From assembly GCA_051652765.1 (NCBI GenBank), contig JBOFUV010000102.1:1-64000 (forward strand): 64,000 nucleotides of DNA. Direction: 5' to 3'. Numbering within the stretch: the stretch's first letter is position 1; every line of letters starts with the position of its first letter. The translations under genes were made by a program, and so were the position numbers. The notes beneath the pieces were generated by a model. That model made no database searches and was not told the DNA's origin. It was given only the letters and a program-made list of their open reading frames with translations. The DNA is from Microcoleaceae cyanobacterium (GTDB lineage: Bacteria > Cyanobacteriota > Cyanobacteriia > Cyanobacteriales > Microcoleaceae). This document shows, in pieces, positions 30,067 to 41,458 of the stretch.

Positions 30067-30193
30067 TTGATCCAACCTTGAGGGGTGCTAGGTCAAACAA
30101 AGCTTGTAAACAGGTGGAGTTCAGACAATCTTGTCCGTTTTCAAGCGGGCTGATCGTGTATCAAACCGAATGGGTTATGGTTGATGCAAACTT

Positions 30194-30222
30194 GCGAGAC
30201 TCAAGAGCTTATTGAGTCTCGC
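30194..30222 (+). terminator. Strong hairpin downstream of aroF
   Basis: gcgagactcaa-gagctta-ttgagtctcgc. Confidence 0.6.
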
Positions 30223-30664
30223 AGGTTTAACATATGGTTTAACATATATGCCTAGGATAATCCTAGGGTGAAGGGCTAGGGAGCAAAGCAAAAACATTCA
30301 ACTTGCTTTCAAAAATGCCTGAATGGAAACGATCAGAGAGCAGGATTAACCTCAGAACGCCTAGACTCTGATGATCGCCGGGGAACAATTTACCCGGAAT
30401 TTAGAACAAGAGATGTAGAACCAGAAATATAGAGTCAGAGATCTACAGCTAGGAATTAGACTAGAAAGAGATTCAGCGAAAGATTAAGCATCTGCAATAG
30501 ATATAGAGATTTAAGATAAGCTGAACAGATTGACGAGGGAAGTATTGGCAAATTTTGTGAAGTTTGCTCCTGAAGTTTATCCGTGAAATTTAGCTAACAG
30601 TCTGGCTAGGTTAAATTATTTAACGCCATCGACACCGTATAGGTTGATATTAAGGAGACAGAAG

Positions 30665-31471
30665 ATGTTCTGGAAATCATTGCGGATTCTGAGTAGGCTA
30701 GTGGGAGTATTGTCTCTGACAACAGTTAGTTTGATAAGTGTACCCTTGCAGGCTTCAAGCTTAGAATTTCCTCCATCCCCCAATCGCAACGGCCCTAAAA
30801 GCACTGCTGGCGGAGGAACTCGGGGTGGCCCAGAAAGTCAAGAGCAGATTTGTACCACGGGAGAGATTCCCCTAACCGCCTTGATTCCCGCTGAGGACGA
30901 TGAAATCATAACGGTTAAAGCAAATCCAGAGTTTTTCACCTATGTTCCCCGAACAACAGCCAAACAGGCTCAGGTTTCGTTAATTGATCAAGACACAGGG
31001 GATGAGATCTACAGGAACACCTTTGGTTTACCAAGTCAGCCTGGAATCATTTCTGTTCCTTTGCCAGAAAGCGTTGCCCTAGAGGTTGGAAAATCTTACA
31101 TCTGGCAGTTCGAGGTGCTCTGTAATCCCGACGACCCAGCGGAAGTTGAATTTGTTCAAGTTACGATCACTCGTGCAAAATTGAGCGAGGAGCTAAAAAA
31201 ACAACTAGAAGCCACTAAAGAACCGCTGAAACAAGCTGAACTCTTGGCAAAAGAGCGAGTCTGGCTCGATACCCTGGTCGTCATGGCTCAACTCCGAGAC
31301 TCTAACCAAACGGAATGGGAACAGTTGCTCAAGTCGGTAAAATTAGGGGATCTTTCCTCTGTCCCGTTGACCTCCTGCTGTACAGCCGATCCAGAACCTA
31401 CTGAATTAAAACCTACTGAATTAAAACCCTCTGAATTAAAACCTACTGAATTAAAACCTTGCGGACGTTAA
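30665..31471 (+). CDS. DUF928 domain secreted protein
   Basis: Signal-like N-terminus, AGGGTRG motif, LTALIP, P.F..YVP, LEVGKSY.W, W.QLL.SV.L; SD aaggag. Confidence 0.88.
   Translation: MFWKSLRILSRLVGVLSLTTVSLISVPLQASSLEFPPSPNRNGPKSTAGGGTRGGPESQEQICTTGEIPLTALIPAEDDEIITVKANPEFFTYVPRTTAKQAQVSLIDQDTGDEIYRNTFGLPSQPGIISVPLPESVALEVGKSYIWQFEVLCNPDDPAEVEFVQVTITRAKLSEELKKQLEATKEPLKQAELLAKERVWLDTLVVMAQLRDSNQTEWEQLLKSVKLGDLSSVPLTSCCTADPEPTELKPTELKPSELKPTELKPCGR
31396..31459 (+). repeat. 15-bp coding tandem repeat x4 (ELKPT/S) at the DUF928 C-terminus
   Basis: (acctactgaattaaa)x4 with one variant unit. Confidence 0.95.
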
Positions 31472-31480
31472 ATTCTCTCC

Positions 31481-33739
31481 ATGAGAAACCTCTGGATCAC
31501 CTGGAAAAGGAAATTATGGGATTGGCGCGGGGTCTGGATCGCAACTCCTTCAATGGCAGTGTTAATTCTGCTCCTACGTTTTGCTGGGATCTTGGAACCC
31601 CTAGAATGGTCAATCTTTGATCAGTACATGCGGCTACGTCCGCCAGACCCGCCCAGCAAACGAATTGCCATTATTGGCCTCGACGAGGCGGACATGCAAT
31701 ACCTCGGTCAGGGCTATGTGTCTGACCAGATTTATGTCCAACTCCTCCGCAAGTTGATTGCGATGGAACCTCGGGCCATTGGTTTAGATATTTACCGCGA
31801 TTTACCCTACGAGCCCGGTCATGAGGAACTCACAAAAATTTTTGAGACCACTGAGAACTTAGTGGGCATTGAAAAAGTGGTGGGCGATCGCCTCCGCCAA
31901 GCCGTTGCAGCTCCTCCAGCATTAAAACAAGTGGGGCGAGTCGCGGCCAATGATGTCTTGCTAGATGACGATAGCACCATTCGGCGGGCCTTGCTGGTTC
32001 ACAAGAATGAAAATGACGAAACCTTCTACGGTCTTGGTTTGTATCTCGCCATGCTCTATCTGGAGCAGGAAGGTATTTCCCCCCAGATCATTCCAGGAAC
32101 GGATAATTGGTGGCAGTTTGGTCATGTGGTCTTCACGCCCTTCAACGCGAATGATGGCGGATATATCCGTGCTGATGCGGGCGGCTATCAAGTCTTGCTC
32201 AATTATCAAGGCCCCCCTGGATCTTCTTTTGAAACTATTTCCTATCGAGATATTTTGGCAGATCGGGTTCCGGCAGATTGGGGACGCGATCGCCTGATTA
32301 TGATTGGGGCAGTAGGGGACAGTTTCCAGGATTTGTTTGCGACTCCGTTTACCCAATCGGCAGATCAGCGCATGGCTGGGGTTGAAGTTCATGCCCATAT
32401 TGCCAGTCAGATTATTGATGCGGCCCTAGACAACCGTCCTTTGCTCAAAACCTGGTCAGAATCTCAGGAATGGCTGTGGATATTGTTCTGGTCAGGGGTC
32501 GGGGCCGCCTTAACTTGGACTATTCGATCCACGAGTCATATTAGGCGATTTTTGCTGCGACAAGTGAGTCTATTTGGGATGGCAACGGGGACTTTAGGAG
32601 CCATAACCTATTTTGCTCTACTCAAGGGATGGTGGCTGCCTGTGGTTCCGCCATTTTTGGCCATGTCTGGATCAGCGATCGCGATTACTGCCTACATTGC
32701 TCGTACTGCTGCTGACATTCGTAAAACCTTTGGACGGTATTTGAGTGATGAAATTGTCGCAACGTTGTTAGAAAGTCCAGAGGGTTTAAAGATGGGCGGA
32801 GAGCGCCGTAAAATTACCATACTGACCTCAGATTTACGGGGATTTACTGCCCTTTCAGAACGATTATCGCCAGAAGAAGTTGTTAAAGTTCTCAACTTTT
32901 ACTTATCCCAAATGGCAGATGTCATCACGGATTATCAAGGCACGATTGATGAATTCATGGGGGATGGAATTTTAGTCTTGTTTGGTGCACCAACTCCACG
33001 AGCAGATGATGCAACCAGGGCTGTTGCCTGTGCCGTTGAGATGCAAATCAAGATGTTAGAAGTGAACCAACAGTTGGAAGCCTGGGATTTAAACCTATTA
33101 GAAATGGGAATTGGCATTAATACAGGAGAGGTTGTCGTCGGCAATTTGGGTTCGGAAAAGCGCACAAAATATGGTGTTGTTGGGAATCAAGTGAACTTGA
33201 CCTATCGGATTGAATCCTACACAACAGGCGGACAAATTATTATTTCAGAAACAACCCTCAAAGAAGCTGGAGAGAATATTATCAAAGTTGATAGTAAAAA
33301 ATTGGTTCAGCCTAAAGGGGTGAAGCATCCAATTAATATTTATGAAGTTGGAGGTATTGCTGGAGACTATAATTTACGGATTACACAAGCAGAAGAAGTC
33401 TTTTTCCCCATTCCAGAGCTGTTTTTACACTATACGATTCTGGAAGGCAAACATGTGGGCGAGAACTTGTTTACGGGACAGTTATTGCAACTTTCAACGC
33501 GGGGGGGTCTAATCCAAGCGGAAGGCGGCGAGAATGCTTTACCCATTGTCCTGACGAATATCAAAATCAACTTGCAGTCTGAACAAGCAGAACTGCGAGA
33601 AGATTTTTACGCCAAAGTTCTAGAGGAACAGGCCGAAGCCGGGAAATTTTATATCCGCTTTACCTCAAAGCCTCCTGCTGTTGAAGCAAAGTTTCAGGAA
33701 ATTTTTGAGCGCGCTCAGAAACAGGTTGAACCCCAATAA
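31481..33739 (+). CDS. CHASE2-domain adenylate/guanylate cyclase (class III)
   Basis: CHASE2 (PRAIGLDIYRD, GVEVHA), 3 TM, cyclase SDLRGFT, FMGDG, GIGINTG, GNQVNLTYRIES. Confidence 0.93.
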   Translation: MRNLWITWKRKLWDWRGVWIATPSMAVLILLLRFAGILEPLEWSIFDQYMRLRPPDPPSKRIAIIGLDEADMQYLGQGYVSDQIYVQLLRKLIAMEPRAIGLDIYRDLPYEPGHEELTKIFETTENLVGIEKVVGDRLRQAVAAPPALKQVGRVAANDVLLDDDSTIRRALLVHKNENDETFYGLGLYLAMLYLEQEGISPQIIPGTDNWWQFGHVVFTPFNANDGGYIRADAGGYQVLLNYQGPPGSSFETISYRDILADRVPADWGRDRLIMIGAVGDSFQDLFATPFTQSADQRMAGVEVHAHIASQIIDAALDNRPLLKTWSESQEWLWILFWSGVGAALTWTIRSTSHIRRFLLRQVSLFGMATGTLGAITYFALLKGWWLPVVPPFLAMSGSAIAITAYIARTAADIRKTFGRYLSDEIVATLLESPEGLKMGGERRKITILTSDLRGFTALSERLSPEEVVKVLNFYLSQMADVITDYQGTIDEFMGDGILVLFGAPTPRADDATRAVACAVEMQIKMLEVNQQLEAWDLNLLEMGIGINTGEVVVGNLGSEKRTKYGVVGNQVNLTYRIESYTTGGQIIISETTLKEAGENIIKVDSKKLVQPKGVKHPINIYEVGGIAGDYNLRITQAEEVFFPIPELFLHYTILEGKHVGENLFTGQLLQLSTRGGLIQAEGGENALPIVLTNIKINLQSEQAELREDFYAKVLEEQAEAGKFYIRFTSKPPAVEAKFQEIFERAQKQVEPQ

Positions 33740-33780
33740 CAGCCGGGATAGTTAACCTTGTGAGTCCTGAACAACAGTTG

Positions 33781-34887
33781 TCAACGGATCAACGCTGGAA
33801 AACTTGGCACATTTACCCAGGTTCCAGTCGCGTTGGATTCATGGGTTAGATCCATTAACAATTGAGAATAAACCCCTTCCCACAAAGAAGGAACAAGGGA
33901 TTGACCCTGTTGAATGCCTGTCACCCATTGATCAATGACTCGAATGAAGGGAGCAATCCTGCCATCTGGATAAACCTGGGAAAAAGCTAACCGTTCAGGA
34001 ATAGCAAGCTCTACCAAGGCATCCCCATGTTTACTCCCCCAAAGTTTAAATCCATGGACATAATCCTGTTGATTGTCACTGCCTAAAACAAGCGTTCCCT
34101 CACTGCCATACACCTCGACCCAGTGCCCCCGTCCTTGATAAGTGACCGAACTCAGACACACCTGACAGGGAGTACCCTCTTCCAGTTCTAACATCAGCAT
34201 ACAGGTATCATCCGCATCCACAGGTTTTAACATCCCTTGGTCTAACGGATCAGGGCGTTCTCCAATTGCCGTGCTCAACTGTCCACAGAGCCGACGAACT
34301 GGCCCAAACAACCAACTCACATAGTCAAAGCTATGGGAACCGATCGCCCCTAACGCCCCTCCACCCTTGTCGGCTTGAGCATACCAATTCCAGGGCCGTT
34401 CAGGATTGGCGCGACTCGAGACTAACCAGTCAATTTTAATTAACCGCTTTTTCCCCACATAGCCTGCGGCTAACAGTTCGGCCAAGTGTTGCCAAGCTGG
34501 AACAAACCGAAACTCAAAATCCATAGTGGTCACACACCCCTTTCCCTGTGCCAACTGATGGAGATAGCGAGCTTCTTGCACAGTTAACGCGGTAGGTTTT
34601 TCTAGTAACAAATGTTTGCCAGCATGGAGCACGGTTTTTGCCATCTCAAAATGCAAAAACGGCGGGGTTGAAATCGCTGCACCTACCACCTCTGACAAGG
34701 CCATCACGTCTTCAAGGTGGTTACAAGCATGGGGAATGCCATGGCTAGACGCGATCGCCTGTGCCTTCTCCAAGTCCCGATGATACACAGCAACGACTTC
34801 AGTCTGAGGATGGGCTTGAAACCCAGGGATATGAACCTTTTTGCCAAACCCTGTCCCAATTACCGCGATGCCCAATTTGTTTACCAT
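33781..34887 (-). CDS. Gfo/Idh/MocA family oxidoreductase
   Basis: GTGFG, GKHLLLEKP, GGGALGAIGSH. Confidence 0.9.
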   Translation of the reverse strand: MVNKLGIAVIGTGFGKKVHIPGFQAHPQTEVVAVYHRDLEKAQAIASSHGIPHACNHLEDVMALSEVVGAAISTPPFLHFEMAKTVLHAGKHLLLEKPTALTVQEARYLHQLAQGKGCVTTMDFEFRFVPAWQHLAELLAAGYVGKKRLIKIDWLVSSRANPERPWNWYAQADKGGGALGAIGSHSFDYVSWLFGPVRRLCGQLSTAIGERPDPLDQGMLKPVDADDTCMLMLELEEGTPCQVCLSSVTYQGRGHWVEVYGSEGTLVLGSDNQQDYVHGFKLWGSKHGDALVELAIPERLAFSQVYPDGRIAPFIRVIDQWVTGIQQGQSLVPSLWEGVYSQLLMDLTHESNATGTWVNVPSFPALIR

Positions 34888-34940
34888 AAGTCTCTAGGAG
34901 TGACGACTGAAAGATATCTTAAAGTATCTCTAAAGTGTCT

Positions 34941-36128
34941 CTAAAGTATCTTTAAAAAGTCTGCCATCCGCTCGACGGCTTGACACAACCGTTCGGGGGG
35001 ATGAACCAGAGCAAATCGCACATATCCTTCCCCTGACTTACCGAAACCGATGCCGGGGGACGCGGCTACCCCGGTTTGTTTCACCAGTTTAGTGCAGAAC
35101 TGTACCGAGTTCTCAGTCCAGGGTTCAGGGAGCTTGGCCCAAATGTACAGGGTGGCCTCAGGCAAAGCAACATCCCAGCCCATAGCGCTTAACTGCCTCA
35201 CGAACACATCCCGTCGTTCCTGAAACGTTTTCACGGTTTGCCTAACGTGATCTTGCGACCCTTCTAAAGCGGCGATCGCCCCATTCAAAATCCCGCGATA
35301 TTGATTAAAATCAACGACCGCTTTGACCTGTTTTAAGCCCTGAATTAACCGTCGATTGCCAATGGCAAAACCAATCCGAAACCCCCCCATGTTGTAGGAC
35401 TTAGAAAAGGTAAAGAATTCAATCGAAACGGTTTTTTCTGGGTCAGCTTGCAGGATCGAAGGGGCAAGCACTGTCACAGGCTGATCCTGGGTGAACACGA
35501 AATCTCCGTAGGGAAAATCATGCACTAAAACCAGATCATGGGCCTGACAAAAGGCAACAGCAGTTTGAAAAAAACTGAGGGGCGCGATCGCTGTGGTGGG
35601 ATTGTGGGGATAGCTCAAGATCATCATTCGGGACTGAGCCAAAACCGCCTCTGGAATATCAGCAAATATAGGTAAGAACTGGTTTTCAAGCCGCAAGGGC
35701 ATCGAGTAAACTTGACCCCCAGCCAAATAAACACCGCCGCTATGGGAGGGATAACAGGGATCTTGCAACAGGGCAAAGTCCCCCGGATTTAAAATTGCCA
35801 GGGGCAAATGGGCTGTGCCCTCTTGGGAGCCAATTAGTTGCAATACCTCCGTTTCAGAGTCTACGGGAACCCTGTACTTCTGGGCATACCATCTGGCGGC
35901 GGCTTGTCGAAACTCCCGAGTACTATGAAATAAAGCATAACCGTGGGTGGCGGGCTCAAATATTGAGGCTTGAATCCGTTCCAAGATCTCGGGAGCAACC
36001 GACAAGTCGGACGACCCTAAAGACAAGTCAATTAAGTCTTGGCCCAAGGCAACTGCCTCAGCCTTAGCTCGATCCATATCGGCAAAAACATTCGACTTGA
36101 AATCAGCTAACCGTTCAGCAAATTGCAT
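34941..36128 (-). CDS. Class I/II PLP aminotransferase (LL-DAP aminotransferase-like)
   Basis: YPHNPT, HDFPY, SKSYNMGGFRIG, GEGYVRFAL. Confidence 0.9.
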   Translation of the reverse strand: MQFAERLADFKSNVFADMDRAKAEAVALGQDLIDLSLGSSDLSVAPEILERIQASIFEPATHGYALFHSTREFRQAAARWYAQKYRVPVDSETEVLQLIGSQEGTAHLPLAILNPGDFALLQDPCYPSHSGGVYLAGGQVYSMPLRLENQFLPIFADIPEAVLAQSRMMILSYPHNPTTAIAPLSFFQTAVAFCQAHDLVLVHDFPYGDFVFTQDQPVTVLAPSILQADPEKTVSIEFFTFSKSYNMGGFRIGFAIGNRRLIQGLKQVKAVVDFNQYRGILNGAIAALEGSQDHVRQTVKTFQERRDVFVRQLSAMGWDVALPEATLYIWAKLPEPWTENSVQFCTKLVKQTGVAASPGIGFGKSGEGYVRFALVHPPERLCQAVERMADFLKIL

Positions 36129-36151
36129 GATAGAAAGGTTGAAATGCTGGA

Positions 36152-36478
36152 CTATAAGTTTGCCTCAACCCAATCGATGAGCTTTTGCTTCGTAATGGCT
36201 CCTTCATGGGATTGCACAACTTGTTTGTCTCGAAATAATCTCAGCGCAGGCACACCCTCAACGCCACACATTCCTACCGCTGTAGGATTCGCATCAACTT
36301 CGAGTTTCACAATTTTGAGGCGATCACGATAGGCCCCTGCAATTGCTTCAATCGAAGGGGAAACCAGCTTACAGGGGCCACACCACGTTGCCCAAAAATA
36401 CGCTAGAACAGGGACTTCAGCATTTAAAACTTCAGATTCAAAGTCAGAATCTTGAATCACAACGACAGATTGACTCAT
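36152..36478 (-). CDS. Thioredoxin, x-type
   Basis: YFWATWCGPC, KLEVD.NP..V..C.VEGVPALRLF, HEGAI. Confidence 0.9.
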   Translation of the reverse strand: MSQSVVVIQDSDFESEVLNAEVPVLAYFWATWCGPCKLVSPSIEAIAGAYRDRLKIVKLEVDANPTAVGMCGVEGVPALRLFRDKQVVQSHEGAITKQKLIDWVEANL

Positions 36479-36901
36479 GGGTTCCTTCGACACTCACTTC
36501 CGTCACAAAAATACACAAAACACTCTGTTGCTAAACCAAACTGTGCTGGCAAAACTTACATTGAAACTTTACATTGAAACAAAGAGCAACCTTGCTAGTA
36601 AAGCACCATTAGCTCCTTGTGCTTGTAACTTGCACTTGTAAATAAATAAGTAAACGAAGTAATGCAAGATATCTGATAATACCTGGATTGTTACTCTCTA
36701 AGATAAACCAAAACAAGACGTTACATTCGTGCCGAACGCCTGAATTCCTTTGTTCAGCTTGGGGAAACCGACCAAAGACGTAAAATTTAACAAAACCCAG
36801 GGCTTGCATAACACCATGACGATCCCCCCTGCTGATAGACTTTAACACTGGGAGTGCCTGAATTAAACCTGGCAAACTCAGACACTGGGAGGATCAATCT
36901 T

Positions 36902-37939
36902 GTGGATAATGTCATTGGTTTAGAGATTATTGAAGTTGTTGAGCAAGCGGCGATCGCCTCTTCCCGCCTTATGGGCAAAGGGGATAAGAATATGGCGGAT
37001 CAGGTTGCTGTAGAGGCAATGCGTAAACGCATGAATGAAATTCATATGCGAGGTCGCATCGTGATTGGGGAAGGAGAACGGGACGAAGCCCCCATGCTTT
37101 ACATCGGCGAGGAAGTTGGGATCTGTACCCGCGAAGATGCCGCCAAATTCTGTGACGTGAAGCAGTTGATGGAAGTTGATATTGCGGTTGACCCCTGCGA
37201 AGGAACCAACCTTGTGGCCTACGGTCAGAACGGTTCTATGGCCGTTCTAGCCATCTCCGAGAAAGGAGGTCTATTTGCGGCTCCTGACTTCTACATGAGA
37301 AAGCTAGCTGCTCCGGCGGTGGCCAGAAACCATGTTGACCTGCGAAAAACCCCTACTCAAAACCTGCAAATTATTGCAGATTGCCTGGATCGTACCGTTG
37401 AAGAATTAGTCGTTGTGGTGATGGATCGTCCTCGCCACAAAGAGCTAATTGCTGAAATCCGTCAGGCGGGGGCACGGGTTCGTCTGATTAGTGATGGGGA
37501 TGTTTCTGCGGCCATTTCTTGTGCCTTTGCTGGAACTAACATCCATGCCCTGATGGGAATTGGTGCTGCTCCTGAAGGGGTGATTTCTGCAGCCGCAATG
37601 CGTTGTCTGGGGGGCCACTTCCAGGGACAGTTAGTCTATGATCCCGAAGTGGTGAAAACAGGGTTGATTGGGGAGAGCAAGGAAGGAAATCTGGCTCGGC
37701 TCATGGAAATGGGCATCGAAGAGCCTGACCGCATCTACAACGCAGAAGAGCTGGCTTCGGGACAGACAGTCCTGTTTGCGGCCTGTGGGATTACACCGGG
37801 AACCCTGATGGAAGGGGTGCGTTTCTTCCAGAATGGGGCTCGGACTCAAAGCTTGGTGATTTCTTCCCAGTCCAAGACCGCTCGCTTTGTTGACACCATC
37901 CATATGTTTGATACACCCAAGTCTTTACAACTACACTAG
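36902..37939 (+). CDS. glpX: Bifunctional class II fructose-1,6/sedoheptulose-1,7-bisphosphatase
   Basis: GTG start [43 protein letters not shown]. Confidence 0.97.
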   Translation: MDNVIGLEIIEVVEQAAIASSRLMGKGDKNMADQVAVEAMRKRMNEIHMRGRIVIGEGERDEAPMLYIGEEVGICTREDAAKFCDVKQLMEVDIAVDPCEGTNLVAYGQNGSMAVLAISEKGGLFAAPDFYMRKLAAPAVARNHVDLRKTPTQNLQIIADCLDRTVEELVVVVMDRPRHKELIAEIRQAGARVRLISDGDVSAAISCAFAGTNIHALMGIGAAPEGVISAAAMRCLGGHFQGQLVYDPEVVKTGLIGESKEGNLARLMEMGIEEPDRIYNAEELASGQTVLFAACGITPGTLMEGVRFFQNGARTQSLVISSQSKTARFVDTIHMFDTPKSLQLH

Positions 37940-38257
37940 AAATACGGAGTGAGGCATAGAGAACCAGGGACAGGTAATTGGACTTCAGCCATTGGCCTTC
38001 AACCATTGGACTTCAGGAAATTGAATATCCAGATCGGTTTAAGCGGGTGAATTTAGAACGATAATCATCCGGCTTGTGGTGCAGGCATCTTTCCTGCAAG
38101 TTAGGAACTTGCACCACACTTGCTCCCGTTGCCTAGTTTTATTAGCCTTAATTGGTACAACAAACTGTGTAAAATAAGTTTCAAAACTTTTTGATCGCTG
38201 ATTTTGATCGCTGATTTTTAAGTTACTGAATTCATTACTAAACCGATAAATAGCTTT

Positions 38258-39556
38258 ATGAATATCGCAGTCATTGGTCTGAGCCATAAGACAGCGCCTG
38301 TTGAAGTTCGTGAGAAACTGAGTATTCCAGAACCTCAGATTGAAGGGGCGATCGCCCATCTCCTGGGATATCCCCACATTGAAGAAGTTGGAATTCTGAG
38401 CACTTGTAATCGTTTAGAAATTTACATTGTTGCGACAGAAACTCAACCCGGTGTGCGGGAAGTCGTGCAATTTTTGTCGGAATCTAGTAAGCTGCCGCTG
38501 CATCAGTTGCGTCCCCATTTGTTTACGCTGCTGCATGAAGATGCCATCATGCATTTGATGCGGGTTTCCGCCGGACTGGACAGTTTGGTCTTGGGAGAGG
38601 GGCAGATTTTAGCCCAGGTTAAACAGGCTCACAAGTTGGGCCAGCAATTCAAAGGCATTGGCCAAATTTTGAATCGGTTATTTAAACAAGCCCTGACTGC
38701 AGGAAAACGGGTTCGGACGGAAACCAGTATTGGCACAGGGGCCGTCTCTATCAGTTCAGCCGCTGTGGAACTAGTGCAGTTAAAGGTGAAGGATTTAAGT
38801 TCCTACCGGGTCACAATTATTGGGGCAGGGAAAATGTCCCGCCTGTTAGTCCAGCATCTGATCTCAAAAGGAGCTACACAGATTGCCGTGGTGAACCGCT
38901 CTCTGAAGCGAGCGGAGGAATTGGCCAATCAATTCCGGGAGGCAGAATTAAAGCTTCATTCCTTGGAGGAGATGATGGCCGTCATTGGTCAGTCTGATAT
39001 TGTCTTTACCAGTACTGGAGCAACGGAACCTATTCTAGATCGAGCCAAGCTCCAGAGCTGTCTTGACCTCAGTGGTTCTCTGATGATGGTTGATATCTCT
39101 GTTCCTCGGAATGTGGCCGCCGATGTGAACGAACTCGCCAATGTTCAATGTTTTAATGTGGACGATCTGAAGGCTGTGGTTGCTCAGAATCACGAGAGTC
39201 GCCGCCAGATGGCCCAAGAAGCAGAAGTGCTTCTAGAAGAAGAAGTTGAAGCCTTTGAAGTCTGGTGGCGCAGCTTGGAAACAGTGCCCATCATTAGTTG
39301 TCTCCGAGACAAAATTGAAGGTATCCGAGAGCAGGAGTTAGAAAAAGCGTTGTCTCGTCTCGGATCTGAGTTTGCTGAAAAGCATCAAGAGGTGATTGAG
39401 GCCCTCACTCGCGGAATTGTCAATAAAATTCTCCATGATCCTATGGTGCAACTGCGGGCACAGCAAGATATTGAAGCGCGTCGTCGAGCCATGGGAACGT
39501 TGCAATTGCTGTTCAATCTTGACCCAGAGCAATCATCAACTCAACAGTACAGTTGA
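38258..39556 (+). CDS. hemA: Glutamyl-tRNA reductase
   Basis: [43 protein letters not shown]. Confidence 0.97.
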   Translation: MNIAVIGLSHKTAPVEVREKLSIPEPQIEGAIAHLLGYPHIEEVGILSTCNRLEIYIVATETQPGVREVVQFLSESSKLPLHQLRPHLFTLLHEDAIMHLMRVSAGLDSLVLGEGQILAQVKQAHKLGQQFKGIGQILNRLFKQALTAGKRVRTETSIGTGAVSISSAAVELVQLKVKDLSSYRVTIIGAGKMSRLLVQHLISKGATQIAVVNRSLKRAEELANQFREAELKLHSLEEMMAVIGQSDIVFTSTGATEPILDRAKLQSCLDLSGSLMMVDISVPRNVAADVNELANVQCFNVDDLKAVVAQNHESRRQMAQEAEVLLEEEVEAFEVWWRSLETVPIISCLRDKIEGIREQELEKALSRLGSEFAEKHQEVIEALTRGIVNKILHDPMVQLRAQQDIEARRRAMGTLQLLFNLDPEQSSTQQYS

Positions 39557-39589
39557 TGGGATCATGAATCTAGGACTTAATAGATGCTT

Positions 39590-39710
39590 TAAACTGCTGC
39601 CCTCACCAACAGCTTGAGCAATACACTGTTCCCAATCACCCGCCGCTTTATTCCGGCTGTGCCTAAGGATGTATGTTCCATCATCTGTCACTAATACCCA
39701 ACCATACTTT
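39590..39710 (-). pseudogene. Possible remnant of a pyridine nucleotide-disulfide oxidoreductase C-terminus
   Basis: GWVLVTDDG...(G-I-frameshift)-AAGDW...IAQAVGEG resembles TrxB-type G-Y-I-x-T-D...GIFAAGD...A.G.G. Confidence 0.3.
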
Positions 39711-39745
39711 GATGCACGACCAAAAGCTCTAAGGGTCATGGGATT

Positions 39746-40426
39746 TTAAAGGGTGTCTGGATCAATATTCAGCTCTTTTAACTTTGCAGCTAATCTTTCA
39801 TTTTTCGCTTGAGTTTCTGTTGCAAATTCTTCTGGAGTTGGAGCCAGTTTCTGATCAGAAGTAAAAAATCTTAACTGCTTTTCATACACACCCAAAAATA
39901 AGTGTAACTGTTCACTCCAGATCAACCCGGACTCATTAGTTGGCATTGATTGATACTTACCATGAACCAATTCAAACCCTTGAAATTCTAGGGTTTCTGG
40001 ATGGAACCAAAAGTATTCCAGGGTGCGAAAAATATCTTGATAAACTTGTTTTTTTTCGGTGCGATCAATGGTTTCAGTCGAGTTCGATAAAAGCTCAATA
40101 ATTAAGTTTGGATACTTGCCACCTTCTTCCCAAACTACCCAACTCTTGCGAGGCTTCCGTTCTGTGTCTAACACTACAAAAAAATCTGGCCCTCGGAAAT
40201 CTCTAGATTTTTTTTGTTCTGGGCTAAAATAAATCGTTAAGTTTCCAGCAGCAAAATAATCCGTGCGATCGCGCCATAACCAATCTAAACATTTAATCAA
40301 GAGTAAAAGTTGCTGAAGATGTAAGTAAGTTTCCAAGGGCGGCTCCTGACTATCTAAATCACCAGGCGGATATTCAATACCTTCAAACTCTGATTCTGCC
40401 TGAAGAAGTTCTAGATTTTGAGTCAT
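39746..40426 (-). CDS. Uma2 (DUF820) family endonuclease-like protein
   Basis: EPPLETYLH, GPDFFVV, RKSWVVWEEGGKYP..IIELLS.ST...DR..KK..Y. Confidence 0.92.
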   Translation of the reverse strand: MTQNLELLQAESEFEGIEYPPGDLDSQEPPLETYLHLQQLLLLIKCLDWLWRDRTDYFAAGNLTIYFSPEQKKSRDFRGPDFFVVLDTERKPRKSWVVWEEGGKYPNLIIELLSNSTETIDRTEKKQVYQDIFRTLEYFWFHPETLEFQGFELVHGKYQSMPTNESGLIWSEQLHLFLGVYEKQLRFFTSDQKLAPTPEEFATETQAKNERLAAKLKELNIDPDTL

Positions 40427-40491
40427 AGTTATGATGTCCTCCAGTATTCTAATTCTTAGTATAATTCATCAACATAAGATCGACGTTATCA

Positions 40492-40775
40492 TTACAAACG
40501 TGAACGAGTAATCAATTCCCATTTCTCAAACCATTTTCCCTGAGTTTTATCCCGCATTAAAATAATTTTTGCCTGCTCTAAATTGGGTGGCATCAACCAA
40601 TGAAGTTCTTGTCGAACCCAATCTGCAAACATTCGGCAAAATGTACTTTTTCCGCCTCCGGTGTTGGAGGAATTATCGTAACCTTTCCAAGTAAACAACC
40701 TGGGCAACCAACTGTACCGAATCTGCTAGATGTAAGAACGTGATCGCCCAAATGTTGCAGATCTTCCCAATACAT
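40492..40775 (-). pseudogene. Fragment of a NACHT-type NTPase gene
   Basis: GGGKSTFCRMFADWVRQELH resembles the Walker A region of cyanobacterial NACHT/pentapeptide proteins; broken across frames and only about 280 bp. Confidence 0.5.
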
Positions 40776-40860
40776 TTACAGTTACTCTTAGATTGCCCTT
40801 GCACAAGGGAAGGGAGACAACTATCATTTGTGATCAGAGTTTAGACTGTGAGAGGCATAG

Positions 40861-41286
40861 ATGGTAGGGATCGACATTGGGCTAACTCACATAGCGCTTC
40901 CGGTTGCAGATGTTGAGCGCAGTATCAAGTTTTACTCTACTTATGCTGGAATGCAGGTCATTCATCGTCGGATTGATGCAGAAGCAGGGGTAGCCGTTGT
41001 ATGGCTTTCTGATCGGACTCGTCCTTTTGTCATTGTTTTGATCCAAACCGATTCAGTGCATCCCGTTCTATCTCCCCTTGCCCATCTTGGAGTCGGTTGT
41101 CAAAGTCGTGAATCCATGGATGCTCTGTGTGAACAGGCAAAACAGGCAGGTATTCTGCTTCAAGCCCAAAAAGACTCTGGATATCCAATCGGATATTGGG
41201 CTTTCTTGCAAGATCCAGATGGTCATACCCTTGAACTGTCCTATGGACAGGAAATCGGACTAACCGTAGAGCAAACCCTTGAGTAG
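40861..41286 (+). CDS. VOC/glyoxalase family protein
   Basis: THIAL.V.D.ERSI.FY, HLGV, DPDGHTLEL. Confidence 0.92.
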   Translation: MVGIDIGLTHIALPVADVERSIKFYSTYAGMQVIHRRIDAEAGVAVVWLSDRTRPFVIVLIQTDSVHPVLSPLAHLGVGCQSRESMDALCEQAKQAGILLQAQKDSGYPIGYWAFLQDPDGHTLELSYGQEIGLTVEQTLE

Positions 41287-41458
41287 TTCACTGGGACTGG
41301 ATGAATGTTTACTTGGTGAATGTTTAGACTGAATGTTTGACTGAATGTTTAAACAAATCCAATTCAGCAGGCAGACTTGCGTCAATGAGATGATCTGCGG
41401 CGGGATCTGACAACGATAAAAACCTGGTAATGTAAGAAAAACTCTGCAGCGATCGCCC

